This document shows, one piece after another, positions 8,898-19,173 of a DNA stretch of 64,000 bases. Origin of the DNA: Bacillota bacterium (lineage in GTDB: Bacteria; Bacillota; Clostridia; Saccharofermentanales; DTU023); assembly GCA_023389255.1 (NCBI GenBank), contig JAEWER010000028.1:20282-84281 (forward strand), written 5' to 3'. Under the pieces are notes generated by a model that was not told where the DNA came from, made no database searches, and saw only the letters and a program-made list of their open reading frames with translations. The first letter of the stretch is position 1, and each line of letters begins with the position of its first letter. The position numbers and the translations under genes were made by a program.

Positions 8898-10310
8898 TTG
8901 TTGATTGTAGCCAGTATATTTGAAAGAGCTAAAAATCTGATACTTCACTTTTTTCAATTAGTTCGTGAAGGTATTTTATTCATTGGTGAACCGCGAGATA
9001 TGCTATTTGCGGTCATCGATATTATTGTCACCACAGTTTTCTTTTATTTCATTCTCAAACTGTTGCGTGATTCCAGAGCGTGGCAGTTACTTAAAGGTAT
9101 AATTTTGATTTTGCTACTGGCGATGGTATCGCGCTTATTTGGTCTGAATACCATCAGCTTTTTGCTCAACAACACGATTCAAGTATTTGCGATTGCCTTT
9201 GTGGTAATTTTTCAGCCAGAGCTCAGGCGTGCGCTGGAAACAATGGGGCGTTCAAGCTTGATGTCATTGCCACAAAATATTACCGCTGACAAAGTAGCAA
9301 ACAATAATGGTGATCCTATCATCGAAGCGATCTGTCAAGCCTGTGAAGCTATGGCAGCTACCAGAACAGGCGCACTGATCATCATGGAGCGAATGACACA
9401 GTTGGGTGACTTATTGGAGCAAGCCAATGCGTTCAAATTGGACGCTCCTGTCAGCGCGACCATGCTCAAACAAATTTTTTACGTGGGTACGCCTTTACAC
9501 GATGGTGCAATTCTTATCCGTGATAATTTGATTAAGGCTGCTCGTATCCACATCCCACTCTCGGATTCTACTAAAGTTCGTACAGATTTTGGTACGAGAC
9601 ATAGAGCGGCAATTGGTGCTTCAGAATTAGGAGATGCTGTAGTAATTGTTATTTCCGAAGAGAAAGGTACGATTTCCTTAGCGCAAGAAGGCAAATTACA
9701 AGTTCTCTCGGGCGCACCCGAGTTAAAATCACGTCTCTATAACCTATTTACTAGTAACGACGACAAAGCCAAGCACTGGTGGCAGAGATTGCTTCCGCAA
9801 ATCAATCAATTGCGCCCCGGTTATTTAAGCGCTAATCTGCGCCGACAAAGAAAAGGTGGCATCGCTGTCTTATCACTTGTTTTAGCAGTTGCCTTGTGGG
9901 CGTTTGTACAGGTCCAAGTAAATCCTTTAGAGACTAGAACCTACCAACTCACATTGCATTATTACAATGAGGAAGCCCTCAGCGAAAAGAAACTAGAAGC
10001 AGTTTATCCAGTGCAAGATATATCCGTTCGTTTAACAGGACGTAAGAACGTAATCGATGATTTGAGTAGCGATGATGTCATTGCCTATGTGGACTTGGCA
10101 GAAATTGAGAGTGCTGGCGCCCATAATGTGGCAGTTAAAATTGATAAAAAGATTCCGCAATATGCTAGAACTGAATATCTATCACCACAAGATGTGATGA
10201 TTTTGGTCAGACCTTATGATATAGCGGTTAAAGATAATAAATCTAATACAAGTTCTGCTGAGGAGTTGGTAGAGCCGACAACTACAGCTACCGAAGCAAA
10301 TGGAAGGTAA
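8898..10310 (+). CDS. cdaA: Diadenylate cyclase CdaA fused to a CdaR-like TM + YbbR domain
   Basis: Three N-terminal TM helices and a DAC domain (HDGAILIRDN...RHRAAIGASE). Then an extra TM helix and one YbbR-like domain in the same frame. Start is uncertain: TTG at 8898 has AAGGG 8 nt upstream, and the track ORF starts at 8844. Confidence 0.85.
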   Translation: MLIVASIFERAKNLILHFFQLVREGILFIGEPRDMLFAVIDIIVTTVFFYFILKLLRDSRAWQLLKGIILILLLAMVSRLFGLNTISFLLNNTIQVFAIAFVVIFQPELRRALETMGRSSLMSLPQNITADKVANNNGDPIIEAICQACEAMAATRTGALIIMERMTQLGDLLEQANAFKLDAPVSATMLKQIFYVGTPLHDGAILIRDNLIKAARIHIPLSDSTKVRTDFGTRHRAAIGASELGDAVVIVISEEKGTISLAQEGKLQVLSGAPELKSRLYNLFTSNDDKAKHWWQRLLPQINQLRPGYLSANLRRQRKGGIAVLSLVLAVALWAFVQVQVNPLETRTYQLTLHYYNEEALSEKKLEAVYPVQDISVRLTGRKNVIDDLSSDDVIAYVDLAEIESAGAHNVAVKIDKKIPQYARTEYLSPQDVMILVRPYDIAVKDNKSNTSSAEELVEPTTTATEANGR

Positions 10311-10312
10311 AC

Positions 10313-11668
10313 ATGGCAAGATTATTTGGAACTGACGGTGTACGTGGCGTAGCTAATAAGGAATTAACCCCTGCTTTAGCTTTCAAGCTGGGTTATGCTG
10401 GCGCAAAAGTTTTGACTGGGGAAAAGAATCATAAACCAATTATCTTAGTTGGTACTGATACACGTATTTCATGTGCGATGTTGGAATGTGCCCTAGTAGC
10501 AGGCATTACTTCAGCTGGAGCAGATGCTTGCATCGCTGGTGTAATTCCCACTCCAGGCATTGCCTATCTGACGAAGAAATACCATTGTGATGCGGGTGTA
10601 GTTATTTCAGCCTCTCATAATTCTTTTGAGTTTAATGGCATCAAATTTTTCTCAGGCAATGGCTACAAACTTCCTGATGAAGTAGAAGATCGCATTGAAG
10701 AATTAATTAACCAAATGGACTTAGCTCAAGGTTCTGATTTAATTGGTGCGAATATCGGCCACCGCATAGAGCGAAAAAATGCAGCCAGAGATTATGCAGA
10801 GCATCTCAAACGTCGTATGAGTGTAGATCTCTCAGGCATGAAAATTGCTTTGGATTGTGCCAACGGTGCCTCATTCAATATAGCTCCAAATTTATTCCGT
10901 GATTTAGGGGCAGAAGTTGTGGCGATAGGTATTGAACCAGATGGCTTAAACATTAACCATGAGTGTGGATCAACACACTTAGAGCGCTTAAAACAAACGG
11001 TGCGACGTGAGGGCTGTGATTTAGGCATTGCATTTGATGGTGATGCAGATCGCATGTTGGCGATCGATGAGTCAGGACAAGAGATTGATGGAGACCAGAT
11101 CATTGCTATTATCGCTTTGGGAATGAAAGATAGAGGCGAACTGAATGATGATGGTGTCGCCGTTACGGTGATGAGTAATCTAGGGTTAGATATCATGGCT
11201 GAGCAACAAGGCTTAAAATTGTACAAAACAAAAGTGGGAGACCGTTATGTTTTAGAAGAGATGCTCAAAAGTGGTTTGTCCCTAGGTGGTGAGCAATCAG
11301 GTCACATTATTTTGTTGAAGCACTCGACCACAGGCGATGGTATGCTCAGCGCTTTAGCACTCTTAAAAACACTTTATAACAGCGGTAAGCGCTTGAGTGA
11401 AGCACAAAAAGTTATGAAACCGCTACCCCAAGTATTGCTCAATGCTCGAGTTACGAATGAGAAAAAGCATACGATTGTCGATGATCCAGATATTGCTGAA
11501 GCCATTCGCAAAGAAGAAGAGAAGTTGGGTAAAAAAGGTAGAGTGCTTGTTAGAGCATCAGGTACAGAACCCAATATTCGTGTCATGATCGAAGGTGAAG
11601 ACTTAGAAGAAATTAACTCCATGGCTAAACACTTAGTTGAGTTAATTACGAGTAAGTATGGTGTATAG
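10313..11668 (+). CDS. glmM: Phosphoglucosamine mutase
   Basis: MARLFGTDGVRG... and the active-site loop SASHNSFEFNGIKFF. Classic position downstream of cdaA. Confidence 0.95.
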   Translation: MARLFGTDGVRGVANKELTPALAFKLGYAGAKVLTGEKNHKPIILVGTDTRISCAMLECALVAGITSAGADACIAGVIPTPGIAYLTKKYHCDAGVVISASHNSFEFNGIKFFSGNGYKLPDEVEDRIEELINQMDLAQGSDLIGANIGHRIERKNAARDYAEHLKRRMSVDLSGMKIALDCANGASFNIAPNLFRDLGAEVVAIGIEPDGLNINHECGSTHLERLKQTVRREGCDLGIAFDGDADRMLAIDESGQEIDGDQIIAIIALGMKDRGELNDDGVAVTVMSNLGLDIMAEQQGLKLYKTKVGDRYVLEEMLKSGLSLGGEQSGHIILLKHSTTGDGMLSALALLKTLYNSGKRLSEAQKVMKPLPQVLLNARVTNEKKHTIVDDPDIAEAIRKEEEKLGKKGRVLVRASGTEPNIRVMIEGEDLEEINSMAKHLVELITSKYGV

Positions 11669-11677
11669 GAGAACGTT

Positions 11678-13063
11678 TTGCGCGCGAGAACAGCAAGAAA
11701 AATAGTTGCCATCCTAGTTTCGCTCAGTTGTTTGATCTTATTAGTTTCTGGGGCTAAGAGCCTGCTGTTTAATAAAAATACTACTGCTCTTAATGTTGTA
11801 GATGATCGCAAGGCTAATAGCAATCAAGCTGGAGAAAAGCAAACAAATTCTAGTGCCGCTAAAGGTGATGTGCTCAATAAACAGGTAGCTCAGGGAGCTG
11901 AAATAGATGCAACTCAGGCCACTGACAAGGTGGGTCAATTTTTAGCTTGGCCGACAAGTTCAGTAATCGATGAGATTCGCAAGATAGACATGAAAGCTTA
12001 TCGAGGACGAGGCAAAAAAAATCAGCCACTCAAAGGTATTTCTGTTTTCTTAATGTTGCCACCCGATGGTGTAGTTAGTATGCAAACAGCACCGCAACAT
12101 GTGCCGAAGCAAACCGAAAATCAATCATCAACGACTGAGCCACAGACAACTTCTACTACAACAACAGCAACTCCAACTGATGTGTTAAACGATTTTGAGT
12201 TGAGTACCAATACACAAGATAATTATCGCAACAGTCAAGATGTGGCCAACAAAACAGTTGAGGGACAAGTTGCTCCCACGGGCGTTAACGGCTCTAAAGA
12301 TTTGACAATGACCCAAGTGGAAGATGTAGTGACAACAGAAATTTCTGTCTGTGCTTCTGTCGCTAATAAAACTAAAGCCTTGCTCGAAGAAATGGGAGCC
12401 ACAGTCAAAGTGATTGGTGACTTTGAACAAGCTTTCACAGACAAGAACAAAGCAGCGCAACTGGGTTCCCACATAATTACCGATTTCGCTAACATCGCTA
12501 GACAAAGCGGTTTAGATATATCTCGTATCAATCAGCTTAAACCTGCTCTAAATGAGTGGGAGTCAGGCATCAGTGTAAGTGAAGCTGGTAAAAAGTTTTA
12601 TGCGGATATGGGCGTTACCAAGGATCAGCGTTTGCTTTTAGATATTGAGAAACAATACCCCGATTATGTGGTTATCGATTTTAGTACCTATGACAATAAC
12701 AGCGAAGCCAGAGGTATCTCGGTATCCTGGTTAGGTCAGGCTGGATCAGCTGGTATCGCGCAATATGATGCTAAAAAACCGCAATTACAACCTCTGTACA
12801 ATGGTTATGTTGCAGACCGCAGAGAAAAATTAGCTCAAGCAGTGGGTAAAAGTATCAGTAGCTTATTGCCAGATTTAGCAAGCGATAATACAGTGGCTGA
12901 GCGTCAATCGGAATTATCTACTTTTAACAATTTACCGATGATTAATGTGGTATTAGGTAGATTAAGCAATCCCATCGACGGCAAGATACTAGTAAATTTT
13001 ACTAACCGTGACGTGATAGCAGAAGCTATTAGCACAGCTATTTATCAGTATTACTGTGAATAG
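11678..13063 (+). CDS. Membrane-anchored protein with a probably degenerate MurNAc-L-alanine amidase (Amidase_3)-like C-terminal domain
   Basis: N-terminal TM anchor, Thr/Ser/Gln-rich linker, and a C-terminus ...NNLPMINVVLGRLSNPIDGKILV...VIAEAISTAIYQYY resembling the Amidase_3 tail (..E.GFLSNP.D...L...IA.AI..GI..Y). Expected Zn-ligand His positions appear substituted (LPPDG for DPGHGG, IDFS for SIHxN). Confidence 0.5.
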   Translation: MRARTARKIVAILVSLSCLILLVSGAKSLLFNKNTTALNVVDDRKANSNQAGEKQTNSSAAKGDVLNKQVAQGAEIDATQATDKVGQFLAWPTSSVIDEIRKIDMKAYRGRGKKNQPLKGISVFLMLPPDGVVSMQTAPQHVPKQTENQSSTTEPQTTSTTTTATPTDVLNDFELSTNTQDNYRNSQDVANKTVEGQVAPTGVNGSKDLTMTQVEDVVTTEISVCASVANKTKALLEEMGATVKVIGDFEQAFTDKNKAAQLGSHIITDFANIARQSGLDISRINQLKPALNEWESGISVSEAGKKFYADMGVTKDQRLLLDIEKQYPDYVVIDFSTYDNNSEARGISVSWLGQAGSAGIAQYDAKKPQLQPLYNGYVADRREKLAQAVGKSISSLLPDLASDNTVAERQSELSTFNNLPMINVVLGRLSNPIDGKILVNFTNRDVIAEAISTAIYQYYCE

Positions 13064-13071
13064 GAGTTAGG

Positions 13072-13875
13072 GTGAAGCTGTACAACAGACAAAATTTGGC
13101 GTTCTATGAGTTTGCGGAGTGGCAGGAGTTCCCGATACAGCATGGCTATACGTCACGTCTAGGTGGTGTGAGCAGTGGTGATTTTGCTGGGTTGCAGTTG
13201 AGTGACTCTAGGGGAGATGATCCAAAAGCGGTACAACAAAACCGTCAATTGTTCAGTCAAGTTGTCTCAGTTCCACTGCATAAAATGGTATCTAGTCAGC
13301 AGGTTCATCAAACAAGGATTGAGCGTGTTACGGAAACAACAGCTAGTATTGTTGAACCTAAATCATGTCAACCTAAGGAAGTAGATGGATTATCCACTAA
13401 CGTACCAGGTATTTTGTTGATGACGTGGTACGCTGATTGTGTTCCACTCTACGCTTATGATCCAGTACAACGAGCTGTGGCTGTAGTGCACGCAGGTTGG
13501 CGCGGAACCTATGCGCAAATGGCAAAGAGGCTGGTTGAGCATATGCAACAAGAGTACGGTAGCCTACCACAAAATTTGCAGATAGGTATAGGTCCCGCCA
13601 TTTGTCAGCAAAATTACGAAGTGGATAGCGATTTACAGGCAAAACTGGTTGCGATACTGGGTGATAAAGCAGATACATTTTTTGCACAAGAGACGAAACC
13701 ACATCTAGATCTGAAGCAATTGAATAAGTTTTTCTTTATACAGGCGGGTGTGCCTAAAACACAGATTGTGGTTTCTGACGTATGCACCAAAGAGCATTCT
13801 GACTTGTTTTCCCACCGTCGGACTGGAGAAAAACGCGGCAACAACTTAGGGTTTATTTGCTTGACAAAAGCGTGA
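13072..13875 (+). CDS. pgeF: Peptidoglycan editing factor PgeF (YfiH/DUF152, laccase-domain protein)
   Basis: VHQTRI...VDGL...ADCVPL...VVHAGWRGT...C...HS are conserved DUF152 motifs. Confidence 0.85.
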   Translation: MKLYNRQNLAFYEFAEWQEFPIQHGYTSRLGGVSSGDFAGLQLSDSRGDDPKAVQQNRQLFSQVVSVPLHKMVSSQQVHQTRIERVTETTASIVEPKSCQPKEVDGLSTNVPGILLMTWYADCVPLYAYDPVQRAVAVVHAGWRGTYAQMAKRLVEHMQQEYGSLPQNLQIGIGPAICQQNYEVDSDLQAKLVAILGDKADTFFAQETKPHLDLKQLNKFFFIQAGVPKTQIVVSDVCTKEHSDLFSHRRTGEKRGNNLGFICLTKA

Positions 13876-13972
13876 TTTAGGCATAGACTTTTACAGCTAT
13901 ATACTAAAAATAACCGTGGTGCATACGTATCAAGACTACTGTGCATTTACGCGCAACCAAGGTGAGGTAATT

Positions 13973-14185
13973 ATGAAAGAAGGAATCCATCCTAAATACG
14001 GCAAGTGCATTGTGCGCTGTGCTTGTGGTGCTACTTTCGAGACTGGTTCGGTGCTCGAGAGCATGACCGTAGATATTTGCTCCAAATGTCACCCGTTCTA
14101 CACTGGTCGTCAGAAGTTAGTTGATACAGGCGGACGTGTTGATAAGTTCAAACAAAGATTAGAAGCTTCACAAAAGAAGAACTAG
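13973..14185 (+). CDS. rpmE: 50S ribosomal protein L31 (type A, Zn-ribbon)
   Basis: MKEGIHPKY...C.C...[22 protein letters not shown]. The track ORF start at 13916 is an upstream extension. Confidence 0.95.
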   Translation: MKEGIHPKYGKCIVRCACGATFETGSVLESMTVDICSKCHPFYTGRQKLVDTGGRVDKFKQRLEASQKKN

Positions 14186-14228
14186 CGAAAATAAGTGAAG
14201 CGGCAGTTATGCTGTAGCTTCGCATGCA

Positions 14229-14256
14229 AAGGAGTTGGATTTCAGCTCCTTTTTTA
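14229..14256 (+). terminator. Putative rho-independent terminator after rpmE
   Basis: AGGAG...CTCCT stem followed by TTTTTATT. A second imperfect hairpin (GAAGC...GCTTC) lies just upstream. Confidence 0.55.
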
Positions 14257-14277
14257 TTACAAAGAAGAGAGTCTAAT

Positions 14278-15153
14278 ATGGGAGAACAACATAGTTGTTG
14301 CTCACAAAATCATAGAATTGGCGGTCAGGCCCTGATTGAAGGGGTGCTGATGCTATCACCCACTAAAAGAGCTTTGGCTGTACGAAATCCAGAGGGTGAG
14401 ATTGTGGTTGAGCAGTTGCCGGCATCTAAGCCTACGTGGGGCGAAAATATTCCTCTCGTTCGCGGTTCGATTCGACTTGTCAAACAAATGGCTGTGGGCA
14501 TGCGTGCAATGACTAGATCAGCCACTATAGCAGGTGGTGAAGATACAAGCGCAGATAACGGTGGTTGGTTAGTGCTTTTTAGTGCTCTGGTAGCGATTGT
14601 TATCTTTGTACTACTACCCAATACCTTACTAGGTTATTTCGGCACTAAGCTGGGATTAACCCAAAGTGTGGGGGGGAAAATAGCCCTAAATTTTGTTGAA
14701 GGAATTTTGCGCATAGCAATCTTCTTACTATATATATACTTAGCTACGCGCTTATCCGATATAAAACGGGTATGGATGTACCATGGTGCAGAGCATATGA
14801 CAATTGCTTGCAATGAACATAACTTGCCTTTAGAAGTTGAGAATGTGAAAAAATTCAGTCGTTTGCACCCGCGCTGTGGCACAGCATTTCTCTGTTTGGT
14901 TATGGTTATCAGTATCTTAGTTATTTCACTGACTGGCTGGGGTACATGGTATTACAACTTAATTTGGCGTCTGCTTTTACTACCAGTTATTGCAGGCATA
15001 TCTTATGAACTGATCACTTGGGCTGGGCGTAAACAAAATTGGTTTACACGCTTAATCAGTGCACCGGGCTTATGGTTGCAGTTGCTTACAACCGCAGAAC
15101 CGACAAGTGATATGATCGAAGTAGCGATAGCAGCACTTAAAGCTGTTCGTTGA
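14278..15153 (+). CDS. DUF1385 (YqhQ-like) membrane protein
   Basis: The IGGQALIEGVLM motif is typical of DUF1385. TM helices in the C-terminal half. Usual neighbourhood with prmC and prfA. I moved the start to the ATG at 14278, downstream of the rpmE terminator. Confidence 0.8.
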   Translation: MGEQHSCCSQNHRIGGQALIEGVLMLSPTKRALAVRNPEGEIVVEQLPASKPTWGENIPLVRGSIRLVKQMAVGMRAMTRSATIAGGEDTSADNGGWLVLFSALVAIVIFVLLPNTLLGYFGTKLGLTQSVGGKIALNFVEGILRIAIFLLYIYLATRLSDIKRVWMYHGAEHMTIACNEHNLPLEVENVKKFSRLHPRCGTAFLCLVMVISILVISLTGWGTWYYNLIWRLLLLPVIAGISYELITWAGRKQNWFTRLISAPGLWLQLLTTAEPTSDMIEVAIAALKAVR

Positions 15154-15164
15154 AATGGTGATTT

Positions 15165-16046
15165 ATGTTATTACAAGACCTACTCGCAGAAGCGACTGGC
15201 ATATTGACAGGCGCTAATATCGAAGAAGCTAAAGAAGAAGCTAGATGGTTGCTAGAAGATATTGTTGGCATCCCTGTTGCTAGACAACTAGCAGATCCAA
15301 ACATTGATATCGCCCAAGAGGAAGTTGATGCTTATCTTGAGGGTATTAATCGCCGGGCTAAACATGAGCCGTATGCCTACATTGTAGGAAAGCAAGAGTT
15401 TTATGGGCTGAATTTTGTTGTCGAAAATTGTTTGGTGCCACGTCCCGAAAGTGAACAATTGGTGAGTATCGCACAAAGCTTTGCCAAACGTAATTTTTTG
15501 AGTGGTACCCATTTGCCAATTGCTGATCTCTGTGCAGGAACCGGCTGTTTGGGTATTAGCTTAGGCTTGAAATTACAAGGAAGTGGCTATCCTGTTGAAG
15601 TTGTGGCGACAGAATTAGATGCTGGTGCTTTGGAAACATGCAAATTGAACTATCGCAATTATGGTTTTGATGATGCCAGAGTGTTGCATACAGATTTGTT
15701 ACCGCCGGATGGTCTAACATTCCAAATCATTCTCTGTAATCCGCCTTATGTCACGGAGAAAGAATATCAAGCATTGCAACCAGAAGTGAGGGTCTTTGAA
15801 CCTAAACAAGCGTTAGTAGGGGGTATTGATGGACTTGACTACTATCGCAGAATCGCTGAAAAGGCTATGGATTTTTTAGCGCCTAAAGCAATTTTGTTGA
15901 TGGAGCATGGCCAAGGACAACGAGAGGCAGTCAGAGAATTATTTGCTGACTGGTTAGAACAAGGATTTAACGAAATAGTAGCTGATGACGATCGAGGTAT
16001 CGATCGCATTTATGGTTTAGTACGTGGCGTTTTGCCAGAGGAATAA
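15165..16046 (+). CDS. prmC: Release factor glutamine N5-methyltransferase
   Basis: SAM-binding [10 protein letters not shown] and catalytic NPPY (ILCNPPYV). Confidence 0.9.
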   Translation: MLLQDLLAEATGILTGANIEEAKEEARWLLEDIVGIPVARQLADPNIDIAQEEVDAYLEGINRRAKHEPYAYIVGKQEFYGLNFVVENCLVPRPESEQLVSIAQSFAKRNFLSGTHLPIADLCAGTGCLGISLGLKLQGSGYPVEVVATELDAGALETCKLNYRNYGFDDARVLHTDLLPPDGLTFQIILCNPPYVTEKEYQALQPEVRVFEPKQALVGGIDGLDYYRRIAEKAMDFLAPKAILLMEHGQGQREAVRELFADWLEQGFNEIVADDDRGIDRIYGLVRGVLPEE

Positions 16047-16047
16047 T

Positions 16048-17124
16048 ATGCAGGGAACAAGTGAGAAATTAAGCACCACCCTCAAGCGTTATGAGGAATT
16101 ATCAATGCTTCTAACCGATCCATCAGTTTTGGCAGATCAGGAGCGCTACTTAACGCTGTGTAAAGAATATAGCGATATTGAACCGTTAGCTTTGAATATT
16201 CGTGAGTTGGAGAAGCTACGTTCAGAGGTGGTAGAAAATAAAGAGTTATTAACTTCAAGCGATGATGCTGAATTACGTGAGTTGATCCGTGAAGAAATCA
16301 AAGAGAGCACACAACGTATCGAGGAGCTTGAAGCAGAAATCGAATTAGCGTTGATCCCCAAAGATCCTAATGATGACAAAAACGTCATTATGGAAATAAG
16401 AGGTGGCGCTGGTGGCGATGAGGCTGCTCTCTTTGCAGCTGATCTATATCGCATGTACAGTGCTTTTGCTGAAAATAAGGGATATCACGTAGAAATTATT
16501 GATTTGAACGAAACCGGTATCGGTGGCTATAAAGAAGTAGTCTTTGAAATCAATGGTAAAGGAGCCTATTCTCAATTACGTTATGAGAGTGGGGTGCATC
16601 GTGTACAACGTGTACCTGAAACGGAGAGTGGCGGTCGAATTCACACCTCAACTGTGACGGTGGCAGTTTTGCCTGAAGCTGAGGATGTGGAAGTAGATAT
16701 AGATCCAAGTGATTTAGAAGTAGACACCTATCGAGCCTCTGGAGCAGGTGGTCAGCACGTCAATAAGACGAGCTCAGCAATTCGTATTACGCATAAACCT
16801 ACGGGCATTGTGGTTACTTGCCAAGACCAACGTTCACAGCATAAAAACCGTGAGCGAGCGATGACGGTTTTGCGTGCCAAACTGTATGAATTAGAAGAAA
16901 CAAAGCGTCAAGCTGAGATTGCAGGAGATCGTAAGGAACAAGTTGGTACGGGCGATAGAAGTGAGCGCATTCGTACCTATAACTTCCCGCAAGGACGTGT
17001 TACTGATCATCGTATCGGCTTAACTTTGTACCAATTACAACAAGTTCTAGCTGGTGATCTGGAACCCTTTGTTAAGGGTTTGCAAGCATATGCACATGAG
17101 CAAAAGGTGGCGGAGCAAGCTTAA
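16048..17124 (+). CDS. prfA: Peptide chain release factor 1
   Basis: GGQ motif ([11 protein letters not shown]) and an RF1-type PxT region. I took the start at the ATG at 16048, directly after the prmC stop. Confidence 0.95.
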   Translation: MQGTSEKLSTTLKRYEELSMLLTDPSVLADQERYLTLCKEYSDIEPLALNIRELEKLRSEVVENKELLTSSDDAELRELIREEIKESTQRIEELEAEIELALIPKDPNDDKNVIMEIRGGAGGDEAALFAADLYRMYSAFAENKGYHVEIIDLNETGIGGYKEVVFEINGKGAYSQLRYESGVHRVQRVPETESGGRIHTSTVTVAVLPEAEDVEVDIDPSDLEVDTYRASGAGGQHVNKTSSAIRITHKPTGIVVTCQDQRSQHKNRERAMTVLRAKLYELEETKRQAEIAGDRKEQVGTGDRSERIRTYNFPQGRVTDHRIGLTLYQLQQVLAGDLEPFVKGLQAYAHEQKVAEQA

Positions 17125-18167
17125 TGCCTCAAATCGTTCAAGGTTCTGATGATTTAACTAAAGTCGCAGAGGCTTTGGGAGCGGGTGAAGTAGTAATTTT
17201 CCCGACAGAAACTGTTTATGGTATAGGGGCTAATGCCCTAGATGCCAAAGCGGTGGAAAGTGTTTATCAAATTAAGGGCAGACCCAGTGATAACCCTATG
17301 ATTGTTCACTTAGCTAGTGTTGAGCAACTAGAGCAGGTTGTTGATGAGATTACACCGCTCGCTAGCAAATTATTTGGTGCTTTAACTCCAGGACCTTTAA
17401 CGTTAATCATGAAGCGTTCGGAGCAGATACCCGATAAAGTGACAGCCGGATTAGAAACTGTAGGGATAAGAATTCCTGCTAATCCGATTGCTCATAAGTT
17501 ACTCGAATTAGCACAGATTCCTGTAGCTGCTCCTTCAGCTAATCTTTCAGGCAAGCCTAGTGCTACCAATTTGCACGATGCAATCGAAGATTTTGCTAGT
17601 GATGATAGGGTTAGCTACATAATTGGTGGTGAGCCTAGTACTGTAGGTATTGAATCAACTGTTTTAGATATCACAGTTGATCCACCGGTTATTCTTAGAC
17701 CGGGGGCAGTTACTGCTAAACAAATCAGTGAAGTTATTGGGCAAGAAGTGGCTGAATACCATTCAGCTAAGTCTGGTGTGGTACAACCTAAAGCCCCAGG
17801 CATGAAGTATCGGCATTATGCGCCTAAGGCAAAAGTGATAGTGATGCCACGCAACCAACTATTAAATGAGTTTGCGATTGAGAGTTTTTTAGCAAATCTT
17901 CCTACAGAACTTAATAAAAAAATAGTGGGTTTAATAGTTGATTCGGAAGTTGCCACAAAGTTGAGTAAGAAATTTTTAACTGCAAGCAAGACTGAAATAG
18001 TGATAAATTCATATGCAAGTATTGAAAGTGCAATGCATCAGCTCTTTGCAAGTTTTAGAAACTTAGATCGTGCTGGTTGTGGTGTAATCATTGCACAAGC
18101 AGAGAGTGGTAGTGAATTAGCCGCCGCCTATATGAATAGATTACTGAAAGCCGAGAGTAAGAAATAG
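17124..18167 (+). CDS. tsaC: L-threonylcarbamoyladenylate synthase (Sua5/YwlC/TsaC, long form)
   Basis: VIFPTETVYGIGANA...KGRPSDNPMIVH...SANLSGKPS core, plus the Sua5 C-terminal domain. Confidence 0.9.
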   Translation: MPQIVQGSDDLTKVAEALGAGEVVIFPTETVYGIGANALDAKAVESVYQIKGRPSDNPMIVHLASVEQLEQVVDEITPLASKLFGALTPGPLTLIMKRSEQIPDKVTAGLETVGIRIPANPIAHKLLELAQIPVAAPSANLSGKPSATNLHDAIEDFASDDRVSYIIGGEPSTVGIESTVLDITVDPPVILRPGAVTAKQISEVIGQEVAEYHSAKSGVVQPKAPGMKYRHYAPKAKVIVMPRNQLLNEFAIESFLANLPTELNKKIVGLIVDSEVATKLSKKFLTASKTEIVINSYASIESAMHQLFASFRNLDRAGCGVIIAQAESGSELAAAYMNRLLKAESKK

Positions 18168-18175
18168 ATTAAAAC

Positions 18176-18712
18176 ATGAGTAGATTAGGAGCTATTGAGA
18201 GTCTCAAAGGCAAAGAGAAAATAGATTTAGGTGAATTCCCTAAACAAGATTTCACCGTGTTGTTTGTCTGCACAGGTAATACTTGTAGGAGCCCGATGGC
18301 TCAAGTTCAATTTAATGCTTGCGTGGAACAAGCAAAGGATCAGCGTTGGTATGCCAATTCTGCCGGTATGGCAGCTGCTAGTGGTGCGCCTGCCAGTGCG
18401 GAAGCACGCATTGTAGCTATTGAACACGGTCTTTCCCTCAACGATCACCAAGCGCGACAGTTGAGCAAAGATATGCTGGAAGAAGCTACAGTGGTCTTGA
18501 CCATGCAACCATCTCACTGTGAACTCTGCAAACTGTACTACCCAGAATTTGCCGATAAAATTTATACGATCAAAGGTTTTGTAGGTGAAGAAGGTGGTAT
18601 CGGAGACCCATACGGCGCAGGTTTAACCGCCTATAGAGCCACCTATCAAATCTTTGAAGAATTGTTTCCAAAGTTGATAGCAAAGCTGAGTGAAATGTAT
18701 CCAGCAGAGTAG
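18176..18712 (+). CDS. Low-molecular-weight protein tyrosine/arginine phosphatase (YwlE-like)
   Basis: P-loop CTGNTCRSPMA and the general-acid DPYG motif. Confidence 0.85.
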   Translation: MSRLGAIESLKGKEKIDLGEFPKQDFTVLFVCTGNTCRSPMAQVQFNACVEQAKDQRWYANSAGMAAASGAPASAEARIVAIEHGLSLNDHQARQLSKDMLEEATVVLTMQPSHCELCKLYYPEFADKIYTIKGFVGEEGGIGDPYGAGLTAYRATYQIFEELFPKLIAKLSEMYPAE

Positions 18713-18857
18713 TTTTGTTGTTGACTTCATAGTCCCCTTATGCTAACTTTTTAAGGCTATTTAATAGAGGCGAGCAATCTTCTAGCCTCGTTACCTGCAC
18801 CTTAGCGGGTGCTACCTCGCCCGAGTAAGGGCCATTAGTCCGAGAGGAGGTGAATAC

Positions 18858-19145
18858 ATGTCGAAAGCTTATGAATTAATGTATGTCCTGAGCGTGGCTC
18901 AAGGTGATGAAGTAGTTGAAGCAACTCATCAACGTGTTCAGGATTTAGTTAGCCAAGGAGCTGAAATCGTCGATGTAGATGTTTGGGGTAAACGTCGCCT
19001 AGCATATGAAATCAACGATGAAAAAGAAGGCTACTACGTCGTAGTTAAATTTAATTCAGATCCCAATTACCCAGCTGAGATTGATCGAGTCTTGAAGATC
19101 ACAGAGAATGTTTTAAGACATTTGATCGTAAAAATTGAAGAATAA
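18858..19145 (+). CDS. rpsF: 30S ribosomal protein S6
   Basis: YELMYVL...WGKRRLAYEI. GAGGAGG RBS. Sits in rpsF-ssb-rpsR order. Confidence 0.95.
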   Translation: MSKAYELMYVLSVAQGDEVVEATHQRVQDLVSQGAEIVDVDVWGKRRLAYEINDEKEGYYVVVKFNSDPNYPAEIDRVLKITENVLRHLIVKIEE

Positions 19146-19173
19146 GATTCGTTAACTGAAAGTAGGTAAGATC

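Noticed and set aside
10792-11823. Minus-strand ORFs of 144 aa and 149 aa
   Set aside because: They are antisense to glmM and to the start of the amidase-like gene. They are Ser/Pro/Ile-rich shadow translations with no start context.
13916-14277. Longer track starts for rpmE (13916) and DUF1385 (14224). The same issue applies at 16024 (prfA), 19677 (rpsR), 25590 (SGNH), 39408 (iolG), 47913 (iolB), 50036 (rplU), 51112 (obg), 58814 (LCP) and 8531 (ribU).
   Set aside because: The extensions lack an RBS, overlap terminators, leaders or upstream genes, and add non-conserved residues ahead of canonical N-termini. Internal starts with good Shine-Dalgarno sequences were preferred.
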